In this document: positions 1 to 12,569 of the stretch, piece by piece
How the letters are laid out: every line of letters starts with the position of its first letter
Numbering within the stretch: position 1 is the first letter of the stretch
Assembly (NCBI GenBank): GCA_051313645.2
Contig: JBNRSN020000008.1
Location: 175,150,001 to 175,214,000 of the forward strand
Direction: 5' to 3'
From: Centroscyllium fabricii
Lineage: Eukaryota
DNA length: 64,000 nt
Notes under the pieces: model-generated
What the model saw: only the letters and a program-made list of their open reading frames with translations
What the model was told of the DNA's origin: nothing
The model's database searches: none
Translations under genes and position numbers: made by a program

Positions 1-1164
1 AAAATCTTTGTAATGTAGAAGAAAAGTTTGGCCGAAGACCATTCATTCAGATGAAAAAGCACAAAAGGATTAAAGAAAGTCCATCTAATCCAGTTATACA
101 GAACATTGCAGAAGTGGAGATGGCTGAACATTTAGGTACAGAAGGTTATGGGAATTTAAATAACAACAAGGCTAAAACATTGGTGGTGGCAGAAGAGGAT
201 AAGAGCATTAACGAAAGCTCATCTAAACCAACTGGACAGGAGAAACTTAGAAAACAGCAGTTAATAGTAATGGGTGAATATCCAGGTAGTCCAGGAGAGA
301 GTAATGCTTCAGAAGAAAATATTGGTAATAAAGGCAAGGCTAGCCAAACGACATTTATTGTATGTAAACAGCACAAGACTGTTGAAGAATGCTCACCAAA
401 ATCAGTATTGCAGCAGAAAGGCAGAGAACATGAAGTGGAAATGGCTGAGCATATAGATAACCTAGAAGTTGGCAATGCAAATGATAAAAGTAGCCAAAGG
501 ATGATTGTAGCGTCTACAAGGCACAAAAATTCATCCAAGCGGGAGGAATGTAGAGAGCAGCATGGAATGGTGATGGGTACATGCCTGGGTAGTCTGGAAG
601 AGGGCAACAAGTGTTGTAATGCCTCAGAAAAAGACATCAGCAATAAAAAGAGCAAGGCTGACCGAAGAAGATTTGTGGCTTGTAAACCGCATAATCGTGT
701 TAAAGAAGGTTTCTCTAAACTAATTAAAGAGGAAAAAGATGAAGAACAGTACATGATAGCTGAACAAGATAAAGAACTGTATCCAGTGGAGATTGATCAG
801 CACTTTAATAGTTTAGTGGGGAAGAACCAAAAAAGCTGTAACCAGAATGCAGGTATTTCTCCAGACAACCTTAGCAATATAAAGGAAAGGTTGGATAAAA
901 CAGCTGTAGTTTGTAAAAATATTGAAGACCCAACTCATTCAATTGTGCCAGAGAAAAATGCATTGCAGTATAAAGTGAAGAATGAACAAGTAGAGTGTGA
1001 ACAGAATACCTGCGTAAAGAGTGATGGGATGGCTGTTCCAAAAAAACAAAGCAAACGTGCGAGGAAAATCGGCAAAAACAACTCCAGTGAATCTGTGATG
1101 CAGCTATCCAGAGAGGACAATATTACTGTGGATCTTTCAACTGCAGTGTGTTCAGAAGTTCAAG
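1..1164 (+). CDS. SGO2: Shugoshin (probably SGO2), large central coding exon, 5' end outside window
   Basis: Open frame from base 3 to a donor CAAG|GTATGC at 1164/1165 (phase 1). Charged, low-complexity K/E/N/S-rich sequence that splices in frame to the SGO-motif exons. SGO2 rather than SGO1 is inferred from the very long central exon and linkage to IDH1 (both lie on human 2q). Confidence 0.72.
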
Positions 1165-1217
1165 GTATGCCTTTATCTTTGGTCAAACAATTAATTAATA
1201 TGTGCTTGCATAGTATA

Positions 1218-1478
1218 CAGGGACCAGGCCGGTGCTGGACCACTGAAATTTCCGAACCACTGAAGGTGGGGGGAGCGCACGGTAGAATACTCCCCGGGAG
1301 GGAGCCCGGGGATAGAACAGCTAGAGAACCTAAAAAAACCAGAAACCCGACGCCTTTGGTGCTCGCTCACTGTTCCTGAGAAACGGTGGTACCACCGAGC
1401 GGCTGCTCCACAAAATGAAGAACGCCGGTTTCCAATTGTGCCAGACCATCAGGTGCCAGATTACCAGTGCTCAACCTG
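1218..1478 (+). mobile_element. Tc1/pogo (Tigger-like) MITE, internally deleted copy
   Basis: TA flanks; right TIR ...GGTGCCAGATTACCAGTGCTCAACCTG; same family as 14457-14780. Confidence 0.8.
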
Positions 1479-2861
1479 TACACTATATGGAAGTTAAACT
1501 ATATGTTTTGCGTCCTCAAGATGTCCCAAAGCGCTTCACAATGAATTACTTCCATAGGAAAGTGTGGCAACAATGAGTTGGGGCTCTTTTCTCTGAAAGT
1601 GGAGATCCGTAAACGGTCGTCAAAATCAAAGGGATTTGATCGGATGGATGTGGAGGAACTGTTTCCACTCTAATAAAATATAGCCAATAAATGATCGAAA
1701 ATAATTCAGGAGAAATTTCTTTACACAGAAAATGTGGAACTTGCTGCCACATGGGAGTGGTTGAAGCAGAATAACATTGATCCATTTAAAGAGGCCCGGT
1801 GCACACATGCCTGAGGGAGAAGATAATAGAGCGATATGGGGGCAGATGGGAAAGAGGTCATTAGTGGAAGGAGCTTTATGTAGCATATCACACTGAGAAT
1901 TCCTCATTCTTAAGTTTTGGGGAGATTTTCCTGGGTCTGCACCCACATACTGCTGGATTATCGGAGTGCAGTGACTGTCAGAAAATCCTGGGAATCAGTG
2001 CATGTCTTTAAACTAATTTTTATTCTATTAACTTAAATGCGCTCTGACTCATCCAATTTTCTGATTCATTGCACTCAAATCATCCAGGGTGTCTGGGTGC
2101 AGACCCAGGAAAATGTACAATATTACATCCATCTGAACAGGCAGATATGGCCTCTGTTTAATGTCTACTCTAAAAGATAGCACCCATACCAATGCAGCAT
2201 TTATAGAGAAATAGTCATATGGGACAGAAGGAGGCCATTCGGCTCTCTGTAGAGCAAGCCAGTCAGTCCCATTCCCCTGCTCTAGCCCTGTAACCCTACA
2301 AGTTTATTTCCCTCAAGTGCCTATCCAGTCTCCTCTTGAAAACATTGTGTCTCTGCTTCCACCACTTCAGTCGGCAGTGAATTACAGGTCCTCACCACTC
2401 GCTGCGAAAACGATTTTTTCCTCTCTCTCTTTCTTCCCCCCCCCCCCCCCCCCCCCCCCCGCCCCCGGCCCTGTATCTCTTGCCCAAAACCTTAAATCTT
2501 TGTCCTTGTGCCATCAACTAGAGGGAACAGCCTTTCCTTGTCTAGCCTATCCAAACCTGTCAATCTTGTACACCTCTATCAAATCACCCCTCAACCTACT
2601 TTGCTCCAATGAAAACAAATTCAGCTTCTCCAACCTGTCCTTGTGGCCAAGACACCAATCCCACCCCCCCGGAACCATTCTGGTAAATCTCCTCTGCACC
2701 CTCTCCAGTGCCTTCACATCCTTCCTAAAGTGTCGTGACCAGAACTGGACGCAATACTCCAGTTGTGGCCGAACCAGCACTTTATAAAGGTTCAGCATAA
2801 CTTATCTACTTTTGTACTCGATACCTCTATTTATGAAGCCCAAGATCCCATATACTTTGCT

Positions 2862-3136
2862 GACCAGGGACAGGGTCACTGGCAAGGCTTGGAAGCTAAG
2901 CAGAGCCAGGTCTGGTTAGTACTTGGATGGGTGACCACCAGGTGCAGAAGGTCACAAAAGGAGCCCAGGGGAGGGGCGGTTGGCTGAAGATTGTCGGAAA
3001 GATGGAATGGCGGCACGCACAGACGCCGCGGCTTTGCTGGACTCTTGGGAGCTTGCAAGATGGTTGTTCATGTACTTGTACATTGTATAATGACAAAGTT
3101 GAAGTATTATTATTATTATTATTTATTATTATTATT
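2862..3136 (+). mobile_element. 5S rRNA-derived SINE (SINE3-type) with (TAT)n tail
   Basis: 2891-2939 GGAAGCTAAGCAGAGCCAGGTCTGGTTAGTACTTGGATGGGTGACCACC resembles the 5S internal control region (box A/IE/box C), followed by a unique body and a microsatellite tail; interrupts the CR1. Confidence 0.75.
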
Positions 3137-3237
3137 AACCACTCTCTATGTCCTGCCACCATCGGGAACCTATGCACATTAACTCCCAGGTCCCTCTGTC
3201 CCTGCACACTTTAAAACTGTGCCATTAAGTGTATATT

Positions 3238-3965
3238 GGCCCAGAAATTCAGGTTGGAGGCTTCCCGCGTGTGCAAGCCTCCAACCTGCACTTACCTAGC
3301 GCGCCAGCTGTTGAGCTTTGGGCCCGCATGGAATTCCGATCCAGAGCCTGCTTCAACTGGCGGCGTGCTGAGCTCACTTATCCCAGCGGCGCAGTTCGTG
3401 CGATGGATCACGTGGGCCACGGAGAGCCAATCTGAGCACAGAATGCTCTATTCAGAAGTTTGATGGGAAGAACTGTCAAAAGTATGAAAACTACAAGCCC
3501 CAAAACATCTCAAACTTCAAATACATTTTTTAAATCACATTTTAGAATAACTAAATTGCATTAAATAACTTAACAATTTAAATTTTTGTAAATAATTATT
3601 TTTCCTAACGGGGCTAAAAATAAACTTACCTTTCTTTAAAGTATTTAAAAATAATAAACTTGTGGAAAAATGGTTTCATTTGAATTAATTCAGCACTTAC
3701 CTTGTTAAAAGCAGGCCTTATGCCTGCTTTCTTCATTTCTAACTTTTTCTTCTTACCCGGACAGAAAATCCTGTTTAGAAAAAAAAAAAAAGCAAAAGTG
3801 CAAGCGCAATGCGCACCTGCTACTGCTCCCACGCACGCGCTTCACCGCGTAACCCCTTAGTTCGGGGAACGGAAGTGCATGCGCAGTGCAGGCAGGAAAC
3901 TGTCACTTTGCAGTGGCCTACGGGTGAGTACCCCGTCCGTACTCAGGCGTTCAGAGGCCAATTTG
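3238..3965. mobile_element. Non-autonomous DNA element, probably PIF/Harbinger-type MITE
   Basis: GGCCCAGAAATT start, sub-terminal hairpin CAGGTTGGAGGCTT..AAGCCTCCAACCTG, GC-rich ends and AT-rich core; interrupts the CR1. Right end is degraded. Confidence 0.5.
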
Positions 3966-4297
3966 TCTCCGGTTCCTTCTGCCAAAATCCATCACCTCAC
4001 ACTTCTAGTAAATTCCGTCTGCCCATCCTGCTAGTCTTTCTATGTCCTAATTAGTGGATTGGTATCATCCAAAACATCTCAAATTTCAAATACATTTGCC
4101 ACGTATCCTAAGTTTGGTGTCATCGGCAAATTTAAAATTCTACTCTGTATTCCATTTTCCAGGTAATTTATATAAATCAAAAAAAGCAGTGACCCCAGCA
4201 CTGACCCTTCGGGAACACCACTGTATCATCCTCCAGTCTGAGAAACAGCCATTTACCACAACTTGCTGTTTTCTGTCCTTAAGCCAATTCCTTATCC

Positions 4298-6025
4298 GTC
4301 TTCTTCTTGGGCAGTCCCTCGAAATCAAGGATGACTTGTTTCCACATTAAAAATGAGTTCACAGGTGACTGAGTCCAATGCAGGACCTACAGTCTCGGTC
4401 ACAGTGGGGGCAGACGGTGGTTGAAGGGGTGGGTGAGTGGGGTGCTTGGGTTGACGTGCGCTCCTTCTGCTGTTTGCACTTGGCTTCCGCTTGCTCCCGG
4501 TGAAGAGACTCGAGGTGTTCGGCGCCTTCCCGGATGCTTCTCCTCCACTTTGTGCGGTCTTGGGCCAAGGATTCCCAGGTGTCGGTGGGGATGTTACACG
4601 AGGCTTTAAGGGTGTCCTTGAAGCGTTTCCTCTGCCCACCTGGGGCTCTCTTGCTGCGCCAGAGTAGAGCGCTTGTTTTGGGAGTCTCGTATCGGGCATG
4701 CAGACAATGTGACCGTCCTTCAGAGCTGATCGAACGTGGTCAAAATTTCGATGCTGGGGATGTTGGCCTGAGCAAGAACACTGATGTTGGTGCGTCTATC
4801 TTGCCAATGGATTTGCAGGATCTTGCGGAGGCAGTGTTGGTACCTCCAGTGCTTTGAGGTGCCTGCTGTACATGGTCTTCAAACACTCTCTCTTCCTCAG
4901 GCGACCGTAGGCTGCACTGGCACACTGAAGGCGGTGTTGGACTTCGTCGTCGACGTCTGCCCTTGTTGACAGTAGGCTCCCATGGTATGGAAAATGGTCC
5001 ACCTTGTCTAAGGTCTTGTCGTGGATTTTGATAATCGGGGGGCCGTACTGTGGCGGGGGCAGCTTGGTAGAGGACCTTTGTCTTACAGATAAGGCACATG
5101 CTCTCGTAGGCTTCGGTGAAGGTGTTGACGATGGTTTGGCGTTCGACCTCCGAGTTAGCGCAGACGCAAGTGTTGTCTGCATACTGTAATTCGACGACAA
5201 GAGGGTGGGATGACCTTTGATCTGGACTGGAAGCAACTGAGGTTGAACCGTTTCCCGTTTGTTCTGTAAATTAGCTCCACTCCAGCAGGGAGCTTACTGA
5301 GGGTGAGATGGAGCATTGCAGCCAGGAAGATCGAGAAGAGCGTTGATGCGATGACACAGCCTTGCTTGACCCCAGTTAGTACATGAATTGGGTCTGTGGT
5401 GGAACCGTTGGTCAGGATCACGGCTTGCATGTCGTCGTGAAGCAGGCAGTGGATGGTGACAAACTTTTGAGGGCAGCCGAATTTGAGGAGGACACTCCAT
5501 AATCCCTCACGGTCGACAGTATCGAAGGCCTTTGAGATCAAAGAAGGCCATGTACAGTGGTTGGTGCTGTTCCCTGCATTTCTTTTGTAATTGACATGCG
5601 GTGAAGATCGTGTCCATTGTGCCCCTTAGTGGGCGGAATCCGCATTCTGGGAGTCTGGGAGGAGCTCTTCAGCCACTGGGAGAAGGCGATTGAGGAGGAT
5701 TCTTGCAATGACTTTCCCTGTGGCAGAGAGCAGGGAAACTCCTCTAATTACTGCAGGGAAACTCCTCTAATTACCGCAATTGGACTTGTCACCTTTCTTG
5801 ATGGTCACAATTATGGCATCTGAGATCCCCGGCATGCTCTCCTCCTTCCAGATAAGGGAAATGAGTTCATGAATTTGCGCCAGTAGTGCATCTCCGCTTT
5901 GCTTTAGTGCCTTGGCGGGGGTTCCATCTGCTCCCGAGGCCTTGTTCTTCAGTTGTCTGATGGCCTTTTCATGCCGGGCTGCGGTTGTGCTGAGATGGTG
6001 GCGGGTAGCATGCTGCGGAATGGAG
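4298..6025 (-). mobile_element. 5'-truncated RTE/BovB-like LINE
   Basis: RT motifs SKAFDTVDREGLW and GVKQGCVIA, RLPKQALYS, C-terminal CPHC zinc knuckle, (GAA)n tail; 10-bp TSD TTCCTTATCC at 4288-4297 and 6026-6035. Confidence 0.9.
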
Positions 6026-7599
6026 TTCCTTATCCAAGCTGCCACTGACCCACCTATTCCATGAGCCTCAATTTTGTTAACCAGCCTTCTATGTGGTACT
6101 TGGTCAAATGCCTTCTGAAAATCCATGTAGACAACATCCATTGCATTCCCTTCATCAATCCTCCCTTACTTCATCAAAAAAATCAATTAGATTAGTCAAA
6201 CATGATCTGCCTTTTACAAATCTGTGTTGGCTCTCAATTAGCTTAAACCTGTTATTTTTTCCTTGATTATTGTTTCTAAAACTTTATCCACCACTGATGT
6301 TAAACTGACTGGCTTGTAGTTACTAGGATTGTCCTTACACCCTTTCTTGAACAATGGTGTCACATTTGCCACTTTCCAATCCTCTGGCACCTCCCCCCGC
6401 ATCCAGAAGTTTGGAAAATTATGGCAAGCCTTTCTGCTATCTCTGCCCCCAATTCGCATAGCAACCTGAGATGCAAGCCATCAGGACCAGACGACTTATC
6501 CACTAAGCATACCCAGCCTTTCTAGGACATCCTGTCTACCAATTTTCACCCCATCCATTGTTTCTGCCATTTCCACTTCTACCAATGTTTTGTCAGCATC
6601 CACCACCTAAGTAAACACTGCTACAAAGTACTCATTGAGTCTTCTAGCCTTGCTCTTAAGCATATATCACCACCTTTGTCTCTAATAGGGTCCAGCCCGC
6701 CTCTTATTACCTGTTTACTGTTGATTTTTGGGTTCCCTTTTATGTTACACTCATAATCTCTTTGCCAATCTTATTTTCATCTTCACTTCCCCTCTCAACT
6801 TAGTGTTTGGTTCTCCCTTGAAGAATTCACCTGACATGCATCATACACTTTTTTTGTTTCATCATGTTCTCTATCTCCCACGTCATCCAAGGAGCCCTTG
6901 CTTTGGTTCCCTTACCCTTCCCTGTTGTTGGAATGTACCTAGCCTGTACTTGGAACATCTCCTCCTTAAAGATCACCCATTGTACCGTTAGTTTTTCCAG
7001 TCAGTCTTTGGCTCCATTTTACCATGGCTAGATCCTTTCGCATCCCATTGAAGTTGGCCCTATTCCAGTTTAGAAGTTCCATTCTAGATTGTTCCTTGCT
7101 CCTCTCCATTGCTATGATACGATGATCACTCGTACCCAAGTGTTCTCCCACAGACGCTTGGTTGACGTGGCTCACCTCATTCCCCAGCACCTCATTTCCC
7201 AGCACCAGATCCAGCAATGCCTCCTTCCTAGTTGGGCCAAGAATATACTGGTCAAAATTATTTAAATTTAATTATTTAAAAAAATCTCCAACAATAATTA
7301 AAATCAGATGAAGGTATTTAACTCTTGATCATAGCTGAACTGAGTGGCCCATCAATGCAGTAAGGTGCAACAGTAAAGTATGAGACACATAAATAAATTG
7401 TGTCAGCCATTGCAGAAGGATGTTAGGGGACTTGTCACTTGAGACGTCCAAACTGCAAATGAATAGTCCAAATAATGCTCTAGAAAGTACTGGGCCCTCT
7501 ACGGTGGCTCCACAGACTACAAACAGATATGGTAGGGGAAAATTTCTCGTGGGAAGATGGTTTACATGTGACTTGGTTGTCTTTTTTTGTATGGTAGCA

Positions 7600-7990
7600 A
7601 AAACTAAATTAAATATAAATACCTAAGTAAGATATCCAGGCCAAAGCTTCTGGTGTAACAGCATGGATATCTTGTAGGCAGTCTGCAAATTTCCTCTGAT
7701 GTGCTCCAGGGTCTGAGTAGGAGCGTTGCAGTCGCATGATGGGGATGCTTTAATTTTCCATCAATGGAGAAGGTGGTAGCATTTGCCATGAGTGGTTCTG
7801 AGATGGTTGTCCACTGTTTGTGAGGAATGTTTGATCCTTCAGGTTGTACTGTGGGGGTCCTCTATGGAATCCATTGGTATGTCAATTCTTCCAAGCATTT
7901 TGCAATCGGCCATTAAGGCTTTGGCGATGGTCCAAACTGGCCTTCTAGATTTGAGAAGGGCTGGTGGTCGGCTGGTCAAGTTGGCCTAGA
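7600..7990 (-). mobile_element. Old LINE 3' fragment (Vingi/Ingi- or RTE-X-like C-terminus)
   Basis: Frameshifted LKSRRPVW...KQWTTI...THG-like segments on -; clade assignment tentative. Confidence 0.35.
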
Positions 7991-8066
7991 TCTTTTCCTT
8001 TATTCTTTCCTGGGATGTGGGCGTCACTGGCAAGGCCAGTACTTATTGCCCACCCCTAATTGCCCT

Positions 8067-8420
8067 AGAAACATAAGATAGGAGCAGGAGTAGGCCATTC
8101 GGCCCTTCGATGAGATCATGGCTGATCATCCAAGCCCAGTACCCTGTACCTGCCCTCTCCCCATATCCCTTGATCCCTATCGAGCCTGCACCGACACATA
8201 TCCCACCCTATCCCCGTAACCCCACATATTCAATCCCCCTAACACTAAGGGTCAATTTATCATGGCCAATCAACCTAACCCGCACATCTTTGGACTGTGG
8301 GAGGAAACCGGAACACCCGGAGGAAACCCACGCAGACACTGGGAGAAAGTACCAGAGGCTGGATTTGAACCCGGGTCTCTGGTGGTGTGAGGCAAGTGCT
8401 AACCACTGCCACCGTGCTGC
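8067..8420 (-). mobile_element. HE1-type tRNA-derived V-SINE nested in a CR1/L2 3' fragment (~7995-8970)
   Basis: V core GGTTTCCTCCGGGTGTTCCGGTTTCCTCCCACAGTCCAAAGATGTGCGGG on -, B-box GGTTCAAATCC, CR1-like tail. Confidence 0.85.
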
Positions 8421-9269
8421 ATGATGGTGGTGGTGGTGAGCTGCTGTCTTGAACCGCTGCAATCCATGTGGTGAAGGTACTCCCATAGTGCTGTTAGGGT
8501 GTTCCTGGATTTTGACCCAGTGATGATGAAGGAGCAGCAATATATTTCCAGGTCGCTATGTTGGACATGATCGTGTTCCCATGCACCTGCTGTCCTTAAC
8601 CTTCTAGGTGGTAGCGGTCGCAGGTTTGGGAGGTACTGTCTAAGAAGCCTTGGTGAGTTGCTGCAGTGCATCTTGTAGATAGTACACACTGCAGCAACGG
8701 TGTGCTGGTGGTGGACTGAGTGCATGTTTAAGGTGGTGGGAGGGGGTGCCAGTCGAGCAGGCTGCTTTGTGCTGGGTAGTGTCCAGCTTGTGTGTTGTTG
8801 GAGCTGCACTCATCTAGGCAAGTAAGATTATTACATCACACTCCTGACTTGTGCCTTTGTAGATGGTGGAAAGGCTTTGGGGAGTCGAGAGGTGAGACAC
8901 TCTGCAGCACACCTGCTCTTGTAGCCACGGTATTTATGTGGCTGGTCCAGTTAAGTTTCTGGTCAATGATGACCCATCAGGAGCAGGCCATACGGCCCTT
9001 CGAGACTGCTGTGCCATTCAATGAGATCATGGCTGATCTTCAACCTCAATTCCACTTCTCGATTTCCCCTAGAGTCCAAAAATCTATCTAGCTCTGCCTT
9101 GACTATACTCAACAACTCTGCATCCACAGCCATTTCAGGTAGAGAATTCCAAAGATTCACAATTCGGAGTGAAAAAATTCTTCCTCCTCAGTCTTAAATG
9201 GTTGACCCCTTATCCTGAGACTGTGCCCCCTAGTTCTAGACTCTCCAGCCAGGAGGAAAGAACCTCTCT

Positions 9270-11170
9270 GCATCTGGACCATGACCCCACTAGCAAACAT
9301 CAAGCCATTGTTTCCAAGACTGTCACTGACCTCATCTCCTCTGGAGATCTTCCCTCCATGGCCGCCAACCTCATAGTCGCACAGCCCGCTTCTACCTCCT
9401 TCCCAAGATCCACAAACAGGACTGTCCTGGTAGACCCATCGTTTCAGCCTGTTCTTTCCCCACGGAACTTCTCTTCCTATCTCAACTCTCTTCTCCCCTT
9501 GTCCAGTCTCTTCCCACCTACATTCGTGACTCTTCCAACACCCTCCGTCACTAACAGTTTCCAGGTCCCAACTGTCCTTTTCACTGGACGTCCAATCACT
9601 CTACACCTCCATCCCCCACCAGGACGGCCTGAGGGCGCTCTGTTTCTTCCTTGAACAGAGGCCCAACCAATCTCCATCTTCCTCTGCCTGGCTGAACTTG
9701 TTTTCACATTGAACAACTTCTCCTCTGACTCCACTCGCTTCCTCCAAACTAAAGGTGTTGCTATGGGAACCCACATAGGCCCTAGCTATGCCTGCCTGGG
9801 ATATGTGGAACATTCTTTGTTCCAGTCCTACTCGGGTCCCCTCCCTCACCTTTTTTTACCGGTACATCAGTGACTGTATCAGTGCCATTTCCTGCTCTCA
9901 CCCTGAACTAGATAAGTTCATTCACTTTACTTCCAATTTCCACCCTTCCCACACCTTCACATGGTCCATCACTGACTCTTCCCTTCCTTCCCTTGACTTC
10001 TCCGTCTCCATTTCTGGCAATCGGCTTGCGAAAAACATCCAATACAAGCCCACTGAATCCCACAGCGACCTGGACTACACTTCCTCCCACCCTGCTTCCT
10101 GTAAAGACTCCAGTTTCTCTGTCTCCGCCACATCTGTTCTGACTGTGCCACCCTCCATACCAGTGCTTCTGACATGTCTTCCTTTTTTCTCAACCAAGGA
10201 TTCCCCTCTACTGTGGTTGACACGGCCCTTGACCGTGTCCGTTCCATTTCCCGTACTTCTGCTCTTCCCTCCCGCAACCACGATAGGGTTCCCCTTGTCC
10301 TCACCTTTCACCCCACCAGCCTCCACATTCAACAGATCGTCCTCCACCTCCAACGTGATCTCGCCACCAAACAAATCTTCCCCTCACCTCCCCTTTCAGC
10401 ATTCTGAAGGGACCGCTCCCTCTGCAACACCCTGGCCCACTCCTCAATCACCCCTAACAGCCCTTCTCCTTCACCTGGCACCTTCCAGTGCAAGCGCAGG
10501 AGATGCAACACCTGCCCTTTTACCTCCTCCCTTCCCACTGTCCAGGGCCCCAAACACTCCTTCCAGGTGAAACAGCAATTTACTTGTACTTCTTGCAATC
10601 TAGTATGCTGTATTTGCTGCTCACGATACGGTCTCCTCTACATCGGGGAGACCAAACGCAGATTGGGCGACCGCTTTGCGGGACACTTCCATTCAGTCCG
10701 TAAGAGTGACCCTGAGCTTCCAGTTGCCTGTCACTTTAATTCTCCACTTCACTCCCACTCTGATCTCTCTATCCTCTGCCTCTTACACTGTTCCAATGAA
10801 GCTTAACGTAACCGAGGAACATCACCTCATCTTTCGATTAGCACTTTACAGCCTTCTGGACTCAACATAGAGTTCAATAATTTCAGATAATAATCCCTGC
10901 ACCCATTTTTCATGCTGTGATTTTTGCCATTCCTATTTGTAACATTTTCTTTCCTGCCTCTTACATAAGCACAATTTGTTCTTTCAATTCTTTCCTCCTC
11001 TCCTAAACTGCCCCGCCCCCCGGTCTCTGCACCTGCTTAATATCTACATAGAAACATCTCCAGCTTTTTACATCTCTGATGAAGGGTCCCAGACCTAAAA
11101 TGTTATGTTTCTCTCTCCACAGATGCTGCCTGGCCTAGCCTGCTGAGTATTTGCAGCATTTTCTGTTCTC
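9270..11170 (+). mobile_element. Penelope-like element (RT + GIY-YIG endonuclease, decayed) with terminal repeat
   Basis: LNNFS...QTKGVAMGT..GPSYACL (PLE RT) and FTCTS.NLV..I.C...GLLYIGETKRRLGDRF (GIY-YIG); degenerate hammerhead core at ~11076-11104. Confidence 0.88.
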
Positions 11171-12569
11171 TCAGCATCTGCCTTGTCAATCCCCCTCAGA
11201 ATCTTATGTTTCAATGAGATCACCTCTTGGTCTTCTAAACGTGAGATTATTGGCTCAATCTCTCCTTATTGGACTACCCTCTCATCCCAGGGATCAATCT
11301 AGTGAACCTTGGTTGCGCCGCCTGTAAAGCAGGTATGTCCTGTCTCCAATAAGGATACCAAAACTGTACACAGTTCTGATTTTAAACATCTTCAGCATGA
11401 AATGCATTTTGGGGGTGAAATTGTTCTTACAAAAAAGATGCTGTTTTCTCCATAATTAACTTGCTAATAACTCCAAAACTGTACACAGTACTCCAGGCGT
11501 GGTCTCACCAAAGCCCTGTACAATTGTAAGACTTCCTTACTCTTTTACTCCAACTCCCCTTGCAATAAAGGCCATTTGCCTTCCTAATTGTATGAAAGGA
11601 AAGTTTGAGGTTTGATGGGACAAACATACCTGCTGTAGAAAAATGAGGAATCTGACTAAATTCTGTCAAGTACAATTTCATTGTGATGGATGTTTGGTTT
11701 AACTATCTGCTTGGATGGTTATACAAATGCATAGGACCAAGAGGCATTGAAGAGCAAATCGTAAGTAATCAAGTAAGCAAATCGTAAGTAATTAAAGATC
11801 AGCCATGATCTCATTGAATGGCGGAGCAGGCTCAAAGGGCTGAATGGCCTACTCCTGCTCCTATCTTCTATAAGTGGACTACATTATAATAGGAAAGTAC
11901 CGATAAAATGCAGTCAAGAAAATGAAACAAATACGCTATACAGACAGCACAACCATTGTTTGCAGAGATAATCATTAACAAAGCTTTGTTAATAATTGGC
12001 ATTTATGATTTAAAAAGTCAAATTGCAAAAAATATGCTGTTTGTGAATTACATAATTGAGCTGGAAATGAATACAGAAGTATACATGTATTCAAACATAA
12101 TTTAATTTGTTTTTGACAAAACTGATTTGAAACATCTCTGCTTGAAATGCACTTTGGGGTGAAATTGCTCTTTACAAAAAAGATGCTGTTTTCTCCATAA
12201 CTAGCTTGCTAACAATTGCAAGACGTGTGTATTTGGAAAGGTGTACTTTTCTGAAAATGCTGTTCCAGTGGGTCATTATTTGAAAGGCGGAAACAGACGT
12301 TCTCCAAACTTCTGTTAGAAATCATTTCACTTTTTTTATTCATACCTCTTTTTTTAATTCATACCTCTGTTGGTGTACCAAGGCCCACTTCAGGCAGATC
12401 ACTTTCAGTTGGCTCTGGGCTCTAATTAACACTAGCTTCTGGTTTCGAGATGTATACTCCATGTAGCAGACCTTTCCTAGTGATCAATGGCCAAAACACA
12501 TGCTTGCAAAATGGAACAATTTTAAAACTGAAACAAGCTCTAAACTCAGCAAAGAGGCTCATTGTGCCA

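Larger units (their letters stand above)
2210..7255 (-). mobile_element. Decayed CR1-clade LINE (ORF2 EN-RT-C-terminus) interrupted by a SINE, a MITE and an RTE
   Basis: Fragments LDLVLGNE...GEHLGTSDH (EN), VPEDWKVANVTPLFKKG, DVVYMDFQKAFD (RT) and [18 protein letters not shown], collinear on -. Confidence 0.85.

Noticed and set aside
146-754. 202-aa antisense ORF and the many other short ORFs over repeats
   Set aside because: These are shadows of the coding strand or of LINE/LTR sequence with no independent motifs.
1165-1379. C-terminal part of the 442-aa ORF 51-1379 as real coding sequence
   Set aside because: It reads through a good GT donor at 1165 into intron and MITE sequence; the phase-matched downstream exons supply the conserved SGO motif.
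2436-2466. Long C/G homopolymer tracts here and elsewhere
   Set aside because: These are simple expansions within repeats, and their lengths are prone to sequencing error.
2891-2939. 5S rRNA gene
   Set aside because: Only the internal promoter part is similar. It lacks the 5S 5' end and T-run terminator and sits in a SINE-like insertion.
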